A stretch of 53,011 nucleotides of DNA, the filler included, from Sphacelaria rigidula (Eukaryota): NCBI GenBank assembly GCA_964200075.2. It is 3 parts of 3 records of this genome, joined end to end, with 100 filler letters (N's around TTAATTAATTAA, not from the genome) between each part and the next. Parts side by side here need not be neighbours in the genome. Positions count along the whole stretch, not along the records: positions 1 to 17,608 come from CAXNAA020001030.1; positions 17,709 to 35,315 come from CAXNAA020001031.1; 1 more part is not named here. One strand, 5' to 3'. Position numbers and translations under genes: made by a program. The notes beneath the pieces are model-generated. The model did not search any database. It was not told the origin of the DNA and saw only the letters and a program-made list of their open reading frames with translations. Of this stretch, positions 14,012-24,500 are shown piece by piece. Within the stretch, counting starts at the first letter, position 1; each line of letters opens with the position of its first letter.

Positions 14012-15790
14012 TAACAACAAAATAATAGCCTTGAGGCGCTTTAGTATTGGTCTGCACTGAAGCAGCATTTGCGCACGCGGAGCCAAGGTACGCTACCAGT
14101 CAACGATTTAAGTGTGCACATATGGACCCCGTATACAACTCGTTACCTTCGCGGTGGACTTGGGCAGGCGTGTCCGGAGCAAATTATCGTCGCAGAGATT
14201 ACGTTATGTTGCTTTTTGGTGACCTGTTTGCTTTGCTAACATGACCAAATACCTTTATCGTGGGTTTCCCAGCATTCGTTTTTCTAATCCTGTCACGATG
14301 TTTAGCTAATCCTAGTTACATACGTTTCTGCCAGTGTCCTCCTGATGCCTGTCGTGGGCTGGACGCTCGTTCCCTCACCAAATTCTCGCCATGTCCACTT
14401 TGGCTCGTGCGTTGCGGTCTCATGTTTCTTCTGCCTTGATCTCGTCCATCGTTATGCCTGCTTGCGGTGGTTGATACCGGGACATGGGGTTCTAGGCCAT
14501 CCAAGTCCTAGGCGGCATGGGTGAGTGCTCGGTCGTGTACGTAATCTCACCGACCAATGTTATTTTTTGCGCTTTGCCCACTCTGCAGTGCATAGAGCAT
14601 GGTAGCAAAAGGGGGGTACAAAGAGACAGACGCACCCTGCAAGATGTTACTCTGTACATCTCTGCAGACACCTCTGTTCCAGCATTCATGTTGTCACGAT
14701 GCAAATGCACAAGCCCTGACGGCTGGCCTGTCGTGATGGCGCGGCCATTGTGGACTGGTTGACCGGTAGCCGGTGCGTTTTCACCCACGACAGCCTTTGT
14801 CGTCACGCGCGGATCGTCTCCCCGCAGCACTGTACTCTTGCTTGACTACCCCGAATACGGGCAATGATATTTTTTGCACGAGCGCATATCGCCCGCATAC
14901 GAAGTAGAGGCCACCTGGTAAAGTTGCGCTTGGCTTCAAACAACAGAATCGGGCCTCTGCTTCCCCCTTCAGCGCCGTAGTGTGACTTATTTGTGTCTTT
15001 GGTCGTCGATTTTTCCGTGTACCCGCATGGAACACTATCGTGGGCTGCGGGAAGTGACTCGCAACGTAGATTCTGCGGCGAAAACGGGTTGGATCCGCCA
15101 AGTGGTGTACTTTAAGAGTTCGTTTTCATCTACTGCGCATTTGACTAGCGGGAGTTGTTTTTTTGTCGTTCTTTCAATCCTTCCCCTTTTACCCGGCGAG
15201 TCCGCAGGATCAAGCACCGTCATTTGCCAGTTACCTGCGTGTCATTTTGTTGTTGAGGATGGGATCCGGTCAAACCTCGTCGAATTTAGCGTATGCTCTT
15301 GTACTCACGCTTTCAACAGCAGGACTTGCATTCTGGTTCTAGAGATCGAATTTGTTAGGATGCGGACGCACAAAATTTCCCACTCACTTGCTGACCTCTA
15401 CCCGATACTTCATTCCTTGCCTCCTACTTGTCTCCGGCCTAGTTGTTATGCGCCTTCGAGATGCAATCGTCAACCGAAACCTCCCGCATTTCTTCCTTTC
15501 GATCCTTTTCACATTTGAGGGATGGATGCCGTTCCTTCTCGGGTGATTTTTCATCACCCCTTGACTTCCACCATAATTACCTTGCACATCTCCCTTTTCC
15601 TCTTCTGCGCTCGTCATCTTCCTTCGCGCTGCCGCTCCTGTCGCCGCTCAATACGGACACAGGCTACGTCTCGGAGATGCCCGCAGAGAGGCACTACCGA
15701 GACGCACGCATCACAGAAATATACGAAGGTACCAGCGAGATTCAGCACTTGGTCATCGCTGGAAGCGTGCTCAAGGAGTACAGCAGCTAA
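568..15790 (+). CDS. ACADS: Short-chain acyl-CoA dehydrogenase (ACADS-like), 5'-partial; exons 568-700, 2185-2395, 11075-11173, 13127-13279, 14496-14520, 15663-15790
   Basis: All introns are GT-AG and phases match. Spliced peptide: [26 protein letters not shown]...[11 protein letters not shown]...[18 protein letters not shown]...[58 protein letters not shown]...[69 protein letters not shown]. These are hallmark ACAD motifs, including the catalytic Glu in [12 protein letters not shown] stop at 15788-15790. Confidence 0.93.
3619..3980 (-). mobile_element. tRNA-derived SINE, copy 1
   Basis: Minus-strand 5' end GCCGGTCGCCCAGGTGCTATACTTGGTAACCTCGAAACCTTCTGACGGTTTGGTCGTGGGTTCGAATC has a degenerate A box and a clear B box. 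Body aligns by eye with 8170-8560; ends in an AC-rich tail. Confidence 0.8.
4835..5091 (+). mobile_element. 5'-truncated LINE 3'-end fragment with (TGAA)n tail, inserted in the host LINE
   Basis: 4850-4945 is the reverse complement of sequence at ~2905-3005 and ~34628-34725 (GGAGTAGGAACGGTGCTCCGTCTCGAAAGG...GACTAAGGCAAGCAA). It ends in AATGAATGAATGAAT. The host RT remnants resume on both sides. Confidence 0.6.
5990..8168 (+). mobile_element. Decayed RTE-like LINE reverse transcriptase (second family), nested in the minus-strand LINE
   Basis: RT remnants: [22 protein letters not shown]...[40 protein letters not shown] (frameshifted, ~7072-7107), [14 protein letters not shown] (YADD-like), [19 protein letters not shown]. 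Frameshifted throughout. Confidence 0.85.
8170..8560 (-). mobile_element. tRNA-derived SINE, copy 2
   Basis: Minus-strand head GCCGGTTGCCCTGTTGGCTCAGTTGGAATCCTCGAAATCTCCTGACGGTTGGGGTGTGGGTTCGAATTTC, with A box TGGCTCAGTTGG and B box GGTTCGAAT. (ACAAC)n/(AC)n tail at 8170-8228. Confidence 0.82.
11484..12396. repeat. Two clusters (11484-11770, 12153-12396) of degenerate ~42-bp tandem repeats with a palindromic core
   Basis: Consensus by eye TACCGCTGAGTTATACCGTATAACTCAGCCAGTGGAAAA(G), about six units per cluster. The first cluster opens with near-exact 25-bp units AAAAAGGTACCGCTGGATTATACCG. Confidence 0.75.
13853..14011. repeat. (ATA)n/(ATG)n trinucleotide microsatellite
   Basis: Pure (ATA)n run at ~13938-14011, preceded by a degenerate ATA/ATG/ACA/GTA run. 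Confidence 0.97.
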
Positions 15791-16072
15791 CGAAGATCCA
15801 TCCACGTTTCTTTCTATTATTCTATGATTGAGTTCGTCAAGTACTTCCCCGTAAGCGTGGCTTCTTCTTGGGGGTTTTGTGTTGTACTGTACCGTGTTGT
15901 ACTGTACCGTGTTGTACAACGAGACGTGCCCTAGGCATCCCCGTGTGAAAATGTGTCGCAGAAGGGGAAGCCGGATCTTAGCCAGGAATGACAATTTTGC
16001 ACACGTCGGACGAGCACGAGTGTGACTCGTGGCACTCGCACCCGTTGGGCTGCTCGTTGGCCGTAAACATTA

Positions 16073-16327
16073 GTAGGGCGAGCACTCGAGTCACTGCTCG
16101 TTGTGGAAAACATCGTAGGGCGAGCACTCGAGTCATTGCTCGTTGTGGAAAAAAATAATAGGGCGAGCACTCGAGCCATTACTCGTTGTGGAAACAAACT
16201 AGTAGGGCGAGCACTCGAGTCATTGCTCCTTGTGGAAAAAATATTAGGGCGAGCACTCGAGTCAGTTCTCGTTGTGGAAAAAAATAAATAGGGCGAGCAC
16301 ACGAGTCATCGGCTGTTGTGGAAAAAA
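16073..16327. repeat. Six ~43-bp tandem repeats downstream of ACADS
   Basis: Unit TAGGGCGAGCACTCGAGTCATTGCTCGTTGTGGAAAA followed by a short A-rich linker, six copies. Confidence 0.92.
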
Positions 16328-17608
16328 TTAACCCCTTCGAGACCGGGCCTCCAGAACGACCAATGACGCTGGTTGTGAATGACTTGTCTGACGTCTGCAC
16401 GAAACAGTGGCATGTTGCTGAAAATCCGCGTATGTAACCGCAGGGGTATGGGGAAGACCGAAAGTTTCATCCAATCTATTTTCAGGTGCAAGGTGTGATT
16501 TAGGTAATGTATATCTGATGTAGCGAGCAGTATGTGTCACCGTAGAGAGCTTTCAACAGGATGCGGCGACCGGCGGGCTGCCCGCCACGTGTGGCTTTGG
16601 ATGATATTGTCCCTATCACCTTGCCACGCAGCCCTTGGTGGACGGGTTGGGCCGCCATTTCCCTCTTTGTTGCATGCGACCAGTTCTCTTCAAAGGGTAT
16701 GGGCGTTGCGGCGCACATACATACTGTACAGTACAGCGCAGTGCGCCTCTCCGACTGCAGCAGCAGCTGCTGATGCATACTCCCTTGCACGTTCCGGGCA
16801 GCTCTCAGCGACGGAGATCAGCTGCCTGTCAACAGCTTGTTCATCCCCACCCACTACATACATGTTGCACGGTGCTCTGCCAGTCATCGGCACAGGGATA
16901 CGCAAAATTCATGACGGTAGCTCCTTTTGTCCTTCCTCGGCCCACCTGGGTTTAGTGCCTCGTGAAAATGACCTCATTGTGGCATGTACTCTCGTTCCCG
17001 GTTTCCCCACTCCACCCTGTGTTGGTGCAATTACTACGTTTTAGTATAGAACACAGGATCTTACAAATTGGGGATGGATATTTTTTGGGGGATGGGCAAG
17101 GTCAAAACTTCGACCGAAAAATGCCAAAAATATTTATCGGAAATATTGTCCTGTTACTTGTCTGACAGTCACCGGAGGTTTCGGAGAGCGTTCAGCGGAG
17201 GTACATATGTGAGTACTGCCGCGTTTTTATTGATTCGCACTACTACTACTATACTGCCGTACTGTATGCACTTGTTGTACAGTGTAAACACATGGCATCG
17301 CCCCGCGGATATCGCCCTGCTGCATTCACTGCGACAAGCTGATGTCCCAAACAGGCATTTTTTAACACGCCCCCCCTACTACCAACAGTGTCAACTTCTT
17401 TTTATTGGTGGCACCGCGTTCCATGGACACGAAGCTCAGAGTCGTTGTAGAAACCAAAGGTAGGCAAAAAAGAAGCAAGCCCTGGACCCCCACTCGATTT
17501 TCCTCAGTTTGAGCCAGCCGAGGGGTGGAGGGGGGGGGGGGGGGGGGGGGGATTTTCCCCGGCACACTGAACCCGGAACAAAAAAATCAATTTACCCTCA
17601 GGGGGGGG

Positions 17609-17708
17609 NNNNNNNNNNNNNNNNNNNNNNNNNNNNNNNNNNNNNNNNNNNNTTAATTAATTAANNNNNNNNNNNNNNNNNNNNNNNNNNNNNNNNNNNN
17701 NNNNNNNN
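17609..17708. other. Assembly gap with artificial TTAATTAATTAA spacer
   Basis: 100-bp N run with a central TTAATTAATTAA; same construct at 35316-35415. Confidence 0.97.
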
Positions 17709-18585
17709 TTTAGGAAGGGAGTATGGGTTTAGGATGTTTGGTATACGTTAAGTAATCAACGAGTACGCCCCCCCCCCCCACCCCCTAACAATTCAATACG
17801 GAACACAAGTTATTGCACAAAATTGGTACTGACAAATACCAAACAAAATAAGGGTCTTCGGCAAAGAGCGTTGAGGCGCTAGGATCTAGGATGGTCCTCG
17901 AGCTACCGACCATCCAATATCCGCATGCAAGCAGATATATCACTGGTATTCCGGCACGTTACATATGCCAAACAACGTCACACAATGTCGCCAATTGAAG
18001 GCGACGTATCAGGGGATTCGATAATACCGTGCAGGCTAGATTTGCAACTCCCCTGCCTCTCTGCTGCAATTGCCGGAGGCACCCCAGGTACTGTTGTACA
18101 GCCTATCTGTCCGCGGTCGAAAATGACGCCTGGAATGCCGAAGCGGAAGCCATGCTACGGCCGGGACGCCGTAATAGGTTCAACTTCAACCAGTTTTCTG
18201 CCCTTCGGTTGTTCTTCGTTGATTCTGGCTTCTCTGGCATGCCTGTGTTCTCGGGGGGTGTTGCCGTTGGGATAAATCAGTTTTCCTAAACCTCAGCGAA
18301 TGGCTCCATTTGTGCTCGAGTCGATCAAAGGCTGCATTGGGATACTATATATGCGGTTGTTCATTCCCAGCCTCCTCTCGAAAGCCAGCGACGACTACTC
18401 TTGAAAGGACTACGAGCGACCCACAAACGACGAAACGGACCCAAGACAAAACCCAGTACAGTAGAGTGAGCGCCGGAGTGATGGGTATATTTCGCAAACT
18501 GTCGTAAAACCTGCTTTCACACCCATCAGAAAATTGCAGGGATTGGAGTGTTGTGCCTGCATCAACCTGAAGACTCTAGGCTGAA

Positions 18586-19032
18586 CTAAACCCTCTTCAA
18601 TTCCACCCCGCTGCAGTCAGTACAGTACATCAGACCGGCCCACCTCAACACTAATCGAGGCGCAAATATGGTGTCGAGGGTGGAGATAGTCCAAGCCTCC
18701 AGCCCTGGCATTCGGTCGCTCACGAACTTCAGCACTCGGTCGGCTATCTGTCCGATGGCGGCAGCAATTGCAGTAGTATCTTGCCCATTGGATCCTACCA
18801 CCGCGCTTGATGTGGCCAGAGGCCGTGCTATAGCCGTTGTTGTCGTGGCATGACCACTACCGCTGTGGTTGTTACTCGTGGCGTGCTGCTGTTGCCGCTG
18901 TTGTGGCCGTGGCAAGCAGCCTGCAGCGGCAATAGCAACAGCAAACTTTAAGAAGGTCGTACTTTTTTTGCTGCTCTTGTCACCGCTACCGTCACCACGG
19001 CGTCGTGCGGGAGGTTTTTTGGGAGGAAACAT
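18586..19032 (-). CDS. Hypothetical protein (possible first exon), divergent from the putative kinase start
   Basis: ATG-initiated 148-aa ORF with a basic N-terminus, a hydrophobic patch FLKFAVAIAAAG and a Q/T/S-rich linker. Possible donor AG|GTGGGC near 18643. No recognisable domain. Confidence 0.4.
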   Translation of the reverse strand: MFPPKKPPARRRGDGSGDKSSKKSTTFLKFAVAIAAAGCLPRPQQRQQQHATSNNHSGSGHATTTTAIARPLATSSAVVGSNGQDTTAIAAAIGQIADRVLKFVSDRMPGLEAWTISTLDTIFAPRLVLRWAGLMYCTDCSGVELKRV

Positions 19033-19639
19033 TCAATAAATATCTACCGTTGCTCTTGTGGAATTTATGCCCTACTCTGGTGCTGTGTGATCTAGCGAGG
19101 GTTTGTCCCGCTCTGTGATGCGTTGGGCTGTCCCCAACACACCCTCAAGTACGACAGGGGATAAAATTAAGAATAGCTTTTCATTCGTCCAAATTCAGCC
19201 GCATATGCGAAATACCTATCCAAGTTTGTCTCGATGATTTAAATGCTCCACCAAGCGGGCAACAGGCGTCAGCCCACAACGGTAACGTCTATATAACGTA
19301 CACACCAAATTGTCCGTGATGCAAGTAGAGGATAGGCGTTTAACGGATGGCGTCTTGGTGCGAATTATGGCCTATGCGACGTCGGATTTGGTGCGTGAAC
19401 ACGGTACACAGCATGTACCTACCTCAGCGTTATCCTGTGCAGCACTGCGCAGATACCGGAACGACTTTTTAATGTGAAGACAACAATAACAACATGTTGG
19501 AACCCAAATTGGGAGGGCCGGCGGTGCCTGCTGATCCGCACCACAGCGATCGATTGAGCGGCCCACCCGCAAACATTTCAATGAACTCGCTCGCTAGAAT
19601 TTGATGTAGTAGGGGATGTCTTAGGAGAACAATCAAGCC

Positions 19640-19989
19640 ATGATCTTGGAGATAGATAGTTATGCCTTCGAAGGAGTCCTCTCGAAACCTAGAATCGAGT
19701 GGCGGCGGGGCTGCAGGTTTCAAGTTCCAGGTACAGTACTACCGTACATCTATACAAAGCCCGGCGCAACCAGGAGTGAAATTGAGAGGAGGGAGTCAAG
19801 TCGGCTCGATGATCGCTCACCCGCCCATTGCCGATCTCGTGAGAGAGTGTAGCATCGGCCGATGGTTAATCGACGTCAGCACAAATACGGGTCTGGACAG
19901 GTTGAAAAATGTTGGGATGTGCAGGCGGTTCACCCGGCCGCCATCTATCCCCGCGGCCTTATGGCGGATGTGTCGTCTAGGATCCGCAG
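19640..19989 (+). CDS. Putative first two exons (19640 or 19662-19730; 19925-19989) of the PX-domain kinase
   Basis: Donor CAG|GTACAG at 19731, acceptor TGCAG at 19924, donor AG|GTGGAA at 19990. Peptide ...GFKFQ/AVHPAAIYPRGLMADVSSRIR ends in phase 2 (AG), which the phase-2 exon at 45573 (C TGG ACG) completes to give DVSSRIRSWTVYRRYSSF, a PX-type strand into the RRYSxF motif. Confidence 0.55.
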
Positions 19990-20085
19990 GTGGAAGCCTA
20001 CGTGGGGCACCATGTTTGATAAATGTGTGTGCTGTATACTGCCTGGATATTTCTTCTTGTACAAGTACGTGATGGCGTACCGAAA

Positions 20086-20330
20086 GCCGGTCGCCCCGGT
20101 GGCTCAGTAACTGTTGGTCATCTCGAAATCTTCTGATGGTCTAGTCGTGTGGTCGAATGTGGGGGAACTCACACGATCTGTTTTTTTTCTTCCTCACACA
20201 ATAATGCCCAACAGTGGAGAGTGAAGAACGACTATGTTTGTAGTGGGTACACATATGGTCGACGAGGGAAACGGACCGCTGAGCCCCTCTCGCGATGAAA
20301 AAAGGGCAAGCACCGCAGAAGGAAGGTAGA
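20086..20330 (+). mobile_element. tRNA-derived SINE, copy 3 (3'-truncated)
   Basis: Begins GCCGGTCGCCCCGGTGGCTCAG...CTCGAAATCTTCTGATGGT...GGTCGAAT. Body (GTCGACGAGGGAAACGGACCGCTGAGCCCCTCTCGCG) is the reverse complement of copies 1 and 2. Confidence 0.75.
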
Positions 20331-21599
20331 TAGTAGTCCTACGAGCTGGGCCAGCTGACAGTGATTTGCGAATTTATCCGGGCCGGGCGGTGGATACTCC
20401 GAATCGTTAAGCGCTGAAGTTTGTGACAAATAATTTTCATCATTCCCATTACCTTCAACCGCCCGGAAGTGTTCACATGATGAGATCCAACCCCCTCTTC
20501 CAGGGACCAATCGGACGCCGAGGATATTGGCTCACATGAACCAGGGTAGTCACTTCGACATGACTTGAGCCCATACTAATTTTCAAGAACCTGACTGTGT
20601 CAACGACGGGTAAACGCGCCGAGATTTCCCAAAAACCAGTCAACACCAACACACCATCTCCTTCAGTATCCCCAAGGGTTGGTCGAAAGCATATTTCTGG
20701 GCAACAAGTAGGCCCCAAGGTCGAAATTCGAGTTTTCGAGGGAGGGGGGGACACCCAGCCTGCTGTCCCCTAGTTTATTGCCTAGGCGTTATCGTGTGCG
20801 GTCAGTTATCGTCTACAGAGATCCTTGGCATAGATACCGATGGGATGGCGGACACGCCGCCCCCCCAACCTCATCACTCACCATGACTACGTTTATGGGG
20901 TCATGTTCCGTGTCGTGGGCCTCGGGTATCTACTAGTGGTCCGGGCAAGTTTGGTGAGGCGCGAGCTAGAGTTGCTACTCCCAAAATCGAGGAAATTTAT
21001 GGTTAGGGCAGGTGAGCAGTGGACCCAGTTTGTCCAGAACGTGTTTTGGTCGGAATCGGCGCTTGTGGGGACGGTTTGAGGTAATCCAAGCGGGTCCTAT
21101 GCGGCCCCCTTGCCCGAGGGCCTCGTACGCCTTGGGTCGGGGTTGGGTTACTGTTTTTTTTTATTTGTGTGAAGAATTCAGGGGTCTACACGTCACGCGT
21201 GACACGTTAATGTGGCGTATTCGAAAAAAAGTGACCTTCAGTTGGATGGGAAAAATGTGTCGTAAGGTATGATACCTCGAATGAACCAACGTAGCATTTT
21301 ACTTTCCAAACATGGCGAAATTAATAAAACAGCCTTCATCAACATCAGGAAAATTCCGTTTTTTCCAAGAAACTCTGCTTCGAAGACCACACGTCAGGTT
21401 ACATTTGTCCCGTCCAGAAAATCAAACCTCACGTGCCGTGAAATAAATCAGAAGTCGTGTTTTTTCAAGTGTGACGCTTCATGTAACGTTGATATTCCTT
21501 GAAAAAATCACCCGTAGATGAACGCCAAATACTTCATTTCGCCTCACCTCTCCAACATATCTAGATATTCCAACCGAATGACACGTCGTGAGAGGATCG

Positions 21600-24500
21600 T
21601 TGAGTATAGGAGTCGAATCTGCGGGGAGTTTTTTCACGAAGATGTCGGGCCGAGTTTTCAGAGTATAGCCAGACAACTAACTGGACACGTGGTGGCGAGT
21701 CAAGCACGAAGACTCTCACAGAGGTGTAAGCCCTTGGAACAGGCCATTGTGCGCCTCATGACCCAGAAGGAGCAAGGGACCTGTCAACCCCTCAGACGTT
21801 ACCACAGATGGACCCAGATTCATCAGTGGAAGGAGGTGAACGTAAACTGTCTCGTGTCAACATCGACCCTGCATGACTCGGGGTTGGAATCCACGGGATG
21901 CACGGCATGATATCGTTGGGAGCAGTGTCGGCAAACAGTAAGGGGTTGCCAGGCCCAGGAGTCGGGGCAATACCGCTTCGCCGATGCATATTACCCCCGC
22001 ATCAGTGAGAATGCCGTAGTGAGAGGTGAATTTGGCCCCGCCCGGCACTACGTTCTCTCAAAGAAGCGCGGTGGCATGTATATTATTACGGCCGTGGTAC
22101 GCAAAACAACATGTATATTTGCTTTTCCGTTATATCTCCGCTGAATCATGTATCCTGTGAAGATAAAGTCCCAGACGAGCAGAGATGTCCCGATGATCAT
22201 AGAAGCTTCTTGGGTCGTCGACAACTGCATCTCAATTACCCGCAGCCAAAGAAAAAGACCCCGAAAAGTGTACAGAAACAGGCACAAACAACATCAACGA
22301 ACTGTTTGCAACAAAATCGCAAAACGCGGGAGCGAAGGCGTATGTATCCCTCTCGTTCTTGTCCACACACCCTCCCCCTCATTTACTCTCGGCAAGAGGC
22401 GAGAATTAAAAAGTTGATGTATTGTATTCCAAAAATATTCGTGATGTATGCCTGCGTTAAAAGCCAAGAGCAGAAAAAACAACGGTTCGATTCCGAATTC
22501 CCCCAGACCTCCCTATTCCCTCGAAGCTCAAGGTTTCACTACTGTCGTGCTGTCATCATCTCGGGCATGAACTCGAGTGGTCCGCCACAACAGTGCCAAC
22601 AGCTCAGGATCGCGCGTATCCCACGTCACCCGCATTCTCCTGTCACCTCTGGTTTCGCCGCCGTCCACCACACCCTCTCGATCTTTCCCCTAATCCTCCA
22701 AACTCCCCCTTGGTCATCTCCTTGACGTCCCTGTTGCTCGCATCACCACCGCCAAATCCGCGTCCACAACTGATTCTGCCACTAGTGGTATTTCCGCGGG
22801 GGATGATGGTGTCTTAGGTTTTCTTCGCTTCTCCTTGCAATGCGGCTCCGTTTGGGGGGCCTCGGCCTATTCCATCGTCGGGTGTCGGCAGAGGCGCTCA
22901 TTCATCTTCCGCCTATTGTTCCGCAAGGTTGATACAAAGAGTTTCACATACGGAAAAATGAGATTTGATTGCAGGGGGCAACCTGTGCGCAATTGACACG
23001 GTGTACATGAATAACATCGTGAGGCAGTTGCGATCTCTAAGGCGTGGGCAGGAATGTTACTATGGCGCAAACTAAACGAGCAGTCCGTGAGCGAATTCGA
23101 ATCTAGACAGTTGCGCCGGGACTGACAGAACATCAGAGAAATGACGCTGCAAGCAGACAGGCAGAGAGCGAGTGGTGCATTGCCGCCGCAGTGGGTCATT
23201 GCGATGTTCGTGTATCGGTATATACCCCTCTTAGTATGGCTGGTTGTGTCTTCCCGTGGCCGCGAGCGCTGGCGCCGATGCCAGCGACAGCAGCCGCCAT
23301 GCTGACGGGTGCAATCAGTACCCTGGCGGTGCAGTATATCCGCACTATGCTGTGGGTTGCTTCTCTCATCGGCGCACGGGACCTGGCCCAGCCGGTCGAG
23401 CGGTGTATTGTATACCGGCGCTGGTTGTGTCTTCACGCAGCCATGTTCGGGATCGCGCAAGTGATGGGTCCGGGTAGCATGAAGTTTTCAGCAGACCGTC
23501 AAGTGTGTGGATCGCACTGCGTCCCGACTGATACTCTATTTTGCAGGCAGACGAACACGACAATAAAACAGCGTACACTATCTCAACCGAGACCAAACCG
23601 TCTTCGCAAGGTCTTGACACACCACAGAAGAGTAATAGCTACAGCATGTGAGAGCGGACGTGAGTGTGCTTGTGCTGTAGTACAGTGAAACAGGAGCAGG
23701 TCCTATGTTTTAGTTCTCAAGCTCATTTTAAACGGGTCCTCGAGTGTTTGCCGGGTGCCGATCTTGAACGCTGGGCCATAATCGCACTTCGCGCAAGTAA
23801 CTTGATTCACTACAAAATCGTCCTCATGTACGGGTCCTGTACCTTCTCCATACCCAATTTCTTTTGACCTCTCATACTGCCTGCAAACCCACAGATCAGT
23901 GTTTAGGCTGGCTCAGCTCATAGAGTGCGCATGTGCTCCCGCGTTATCCATGGTGTACCAGCGCAAAGTATTGAAGCAAAACCACCTTTTCGAGGCATCG
24001 TTCAGACGCGACAAAGTCGACGACGTTGTGGGCGCCGGCCCCATAAATATTGATTTGTCATATTAATAATTTAAATATGTCCCCAAAACACGTCACGTTC
24101 TTGACGAAGAAAGCAGCCGAGCGAGCGGTACATGAGAATTTGTATAACTTGCACTCGTCCCCACACTACTGAAGTATCAGCAATAGCCGTGACCATGTAT
24201 GCTACTCACGGTAGCTCGAGGTGCCATTTTCGTCAACAAACGAGTAGCTTGGGCTTGGCATTACTCCACCTACCCCGGGGGACTTGCATAGTTCGTTTTT
24301 GGTAATCATGGTTCGTCACAATTTTTCCTCTCAGGACGAGACATGTTGCGATGGTACTGGACTCAACTATTTGATCTCAGAAGGGGCACAGCCGATGAAT
24401 GGTGTGTATTTTGTTCTTGCTCCTTCCACTACTTCTTCAGCTGCGTATCTGGATGCCCCCAAGGTTCGCATGAGTTGCTCACGCTTCGGCCCTTGAAAAT

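Noticed and set aside
13734..14086. Poly-Ile and poly-Tyr ORFs
   Set aside because: They are translations of an intronic (ATA)n microsatellite.
16073..16327. CRISPR-like array of palindromic repeats
   Set aside because: The linkers are only a few A-rich nucleotides, not unique spacers; there are no cas genes; the context is eukaryotic.
17609..17708. TTAATTAATTAA motif here and at 35360-35371
   Set aside because: It is centred in 100-bp N gaps and is an artificial all-frame-stop scaffolding spacer.
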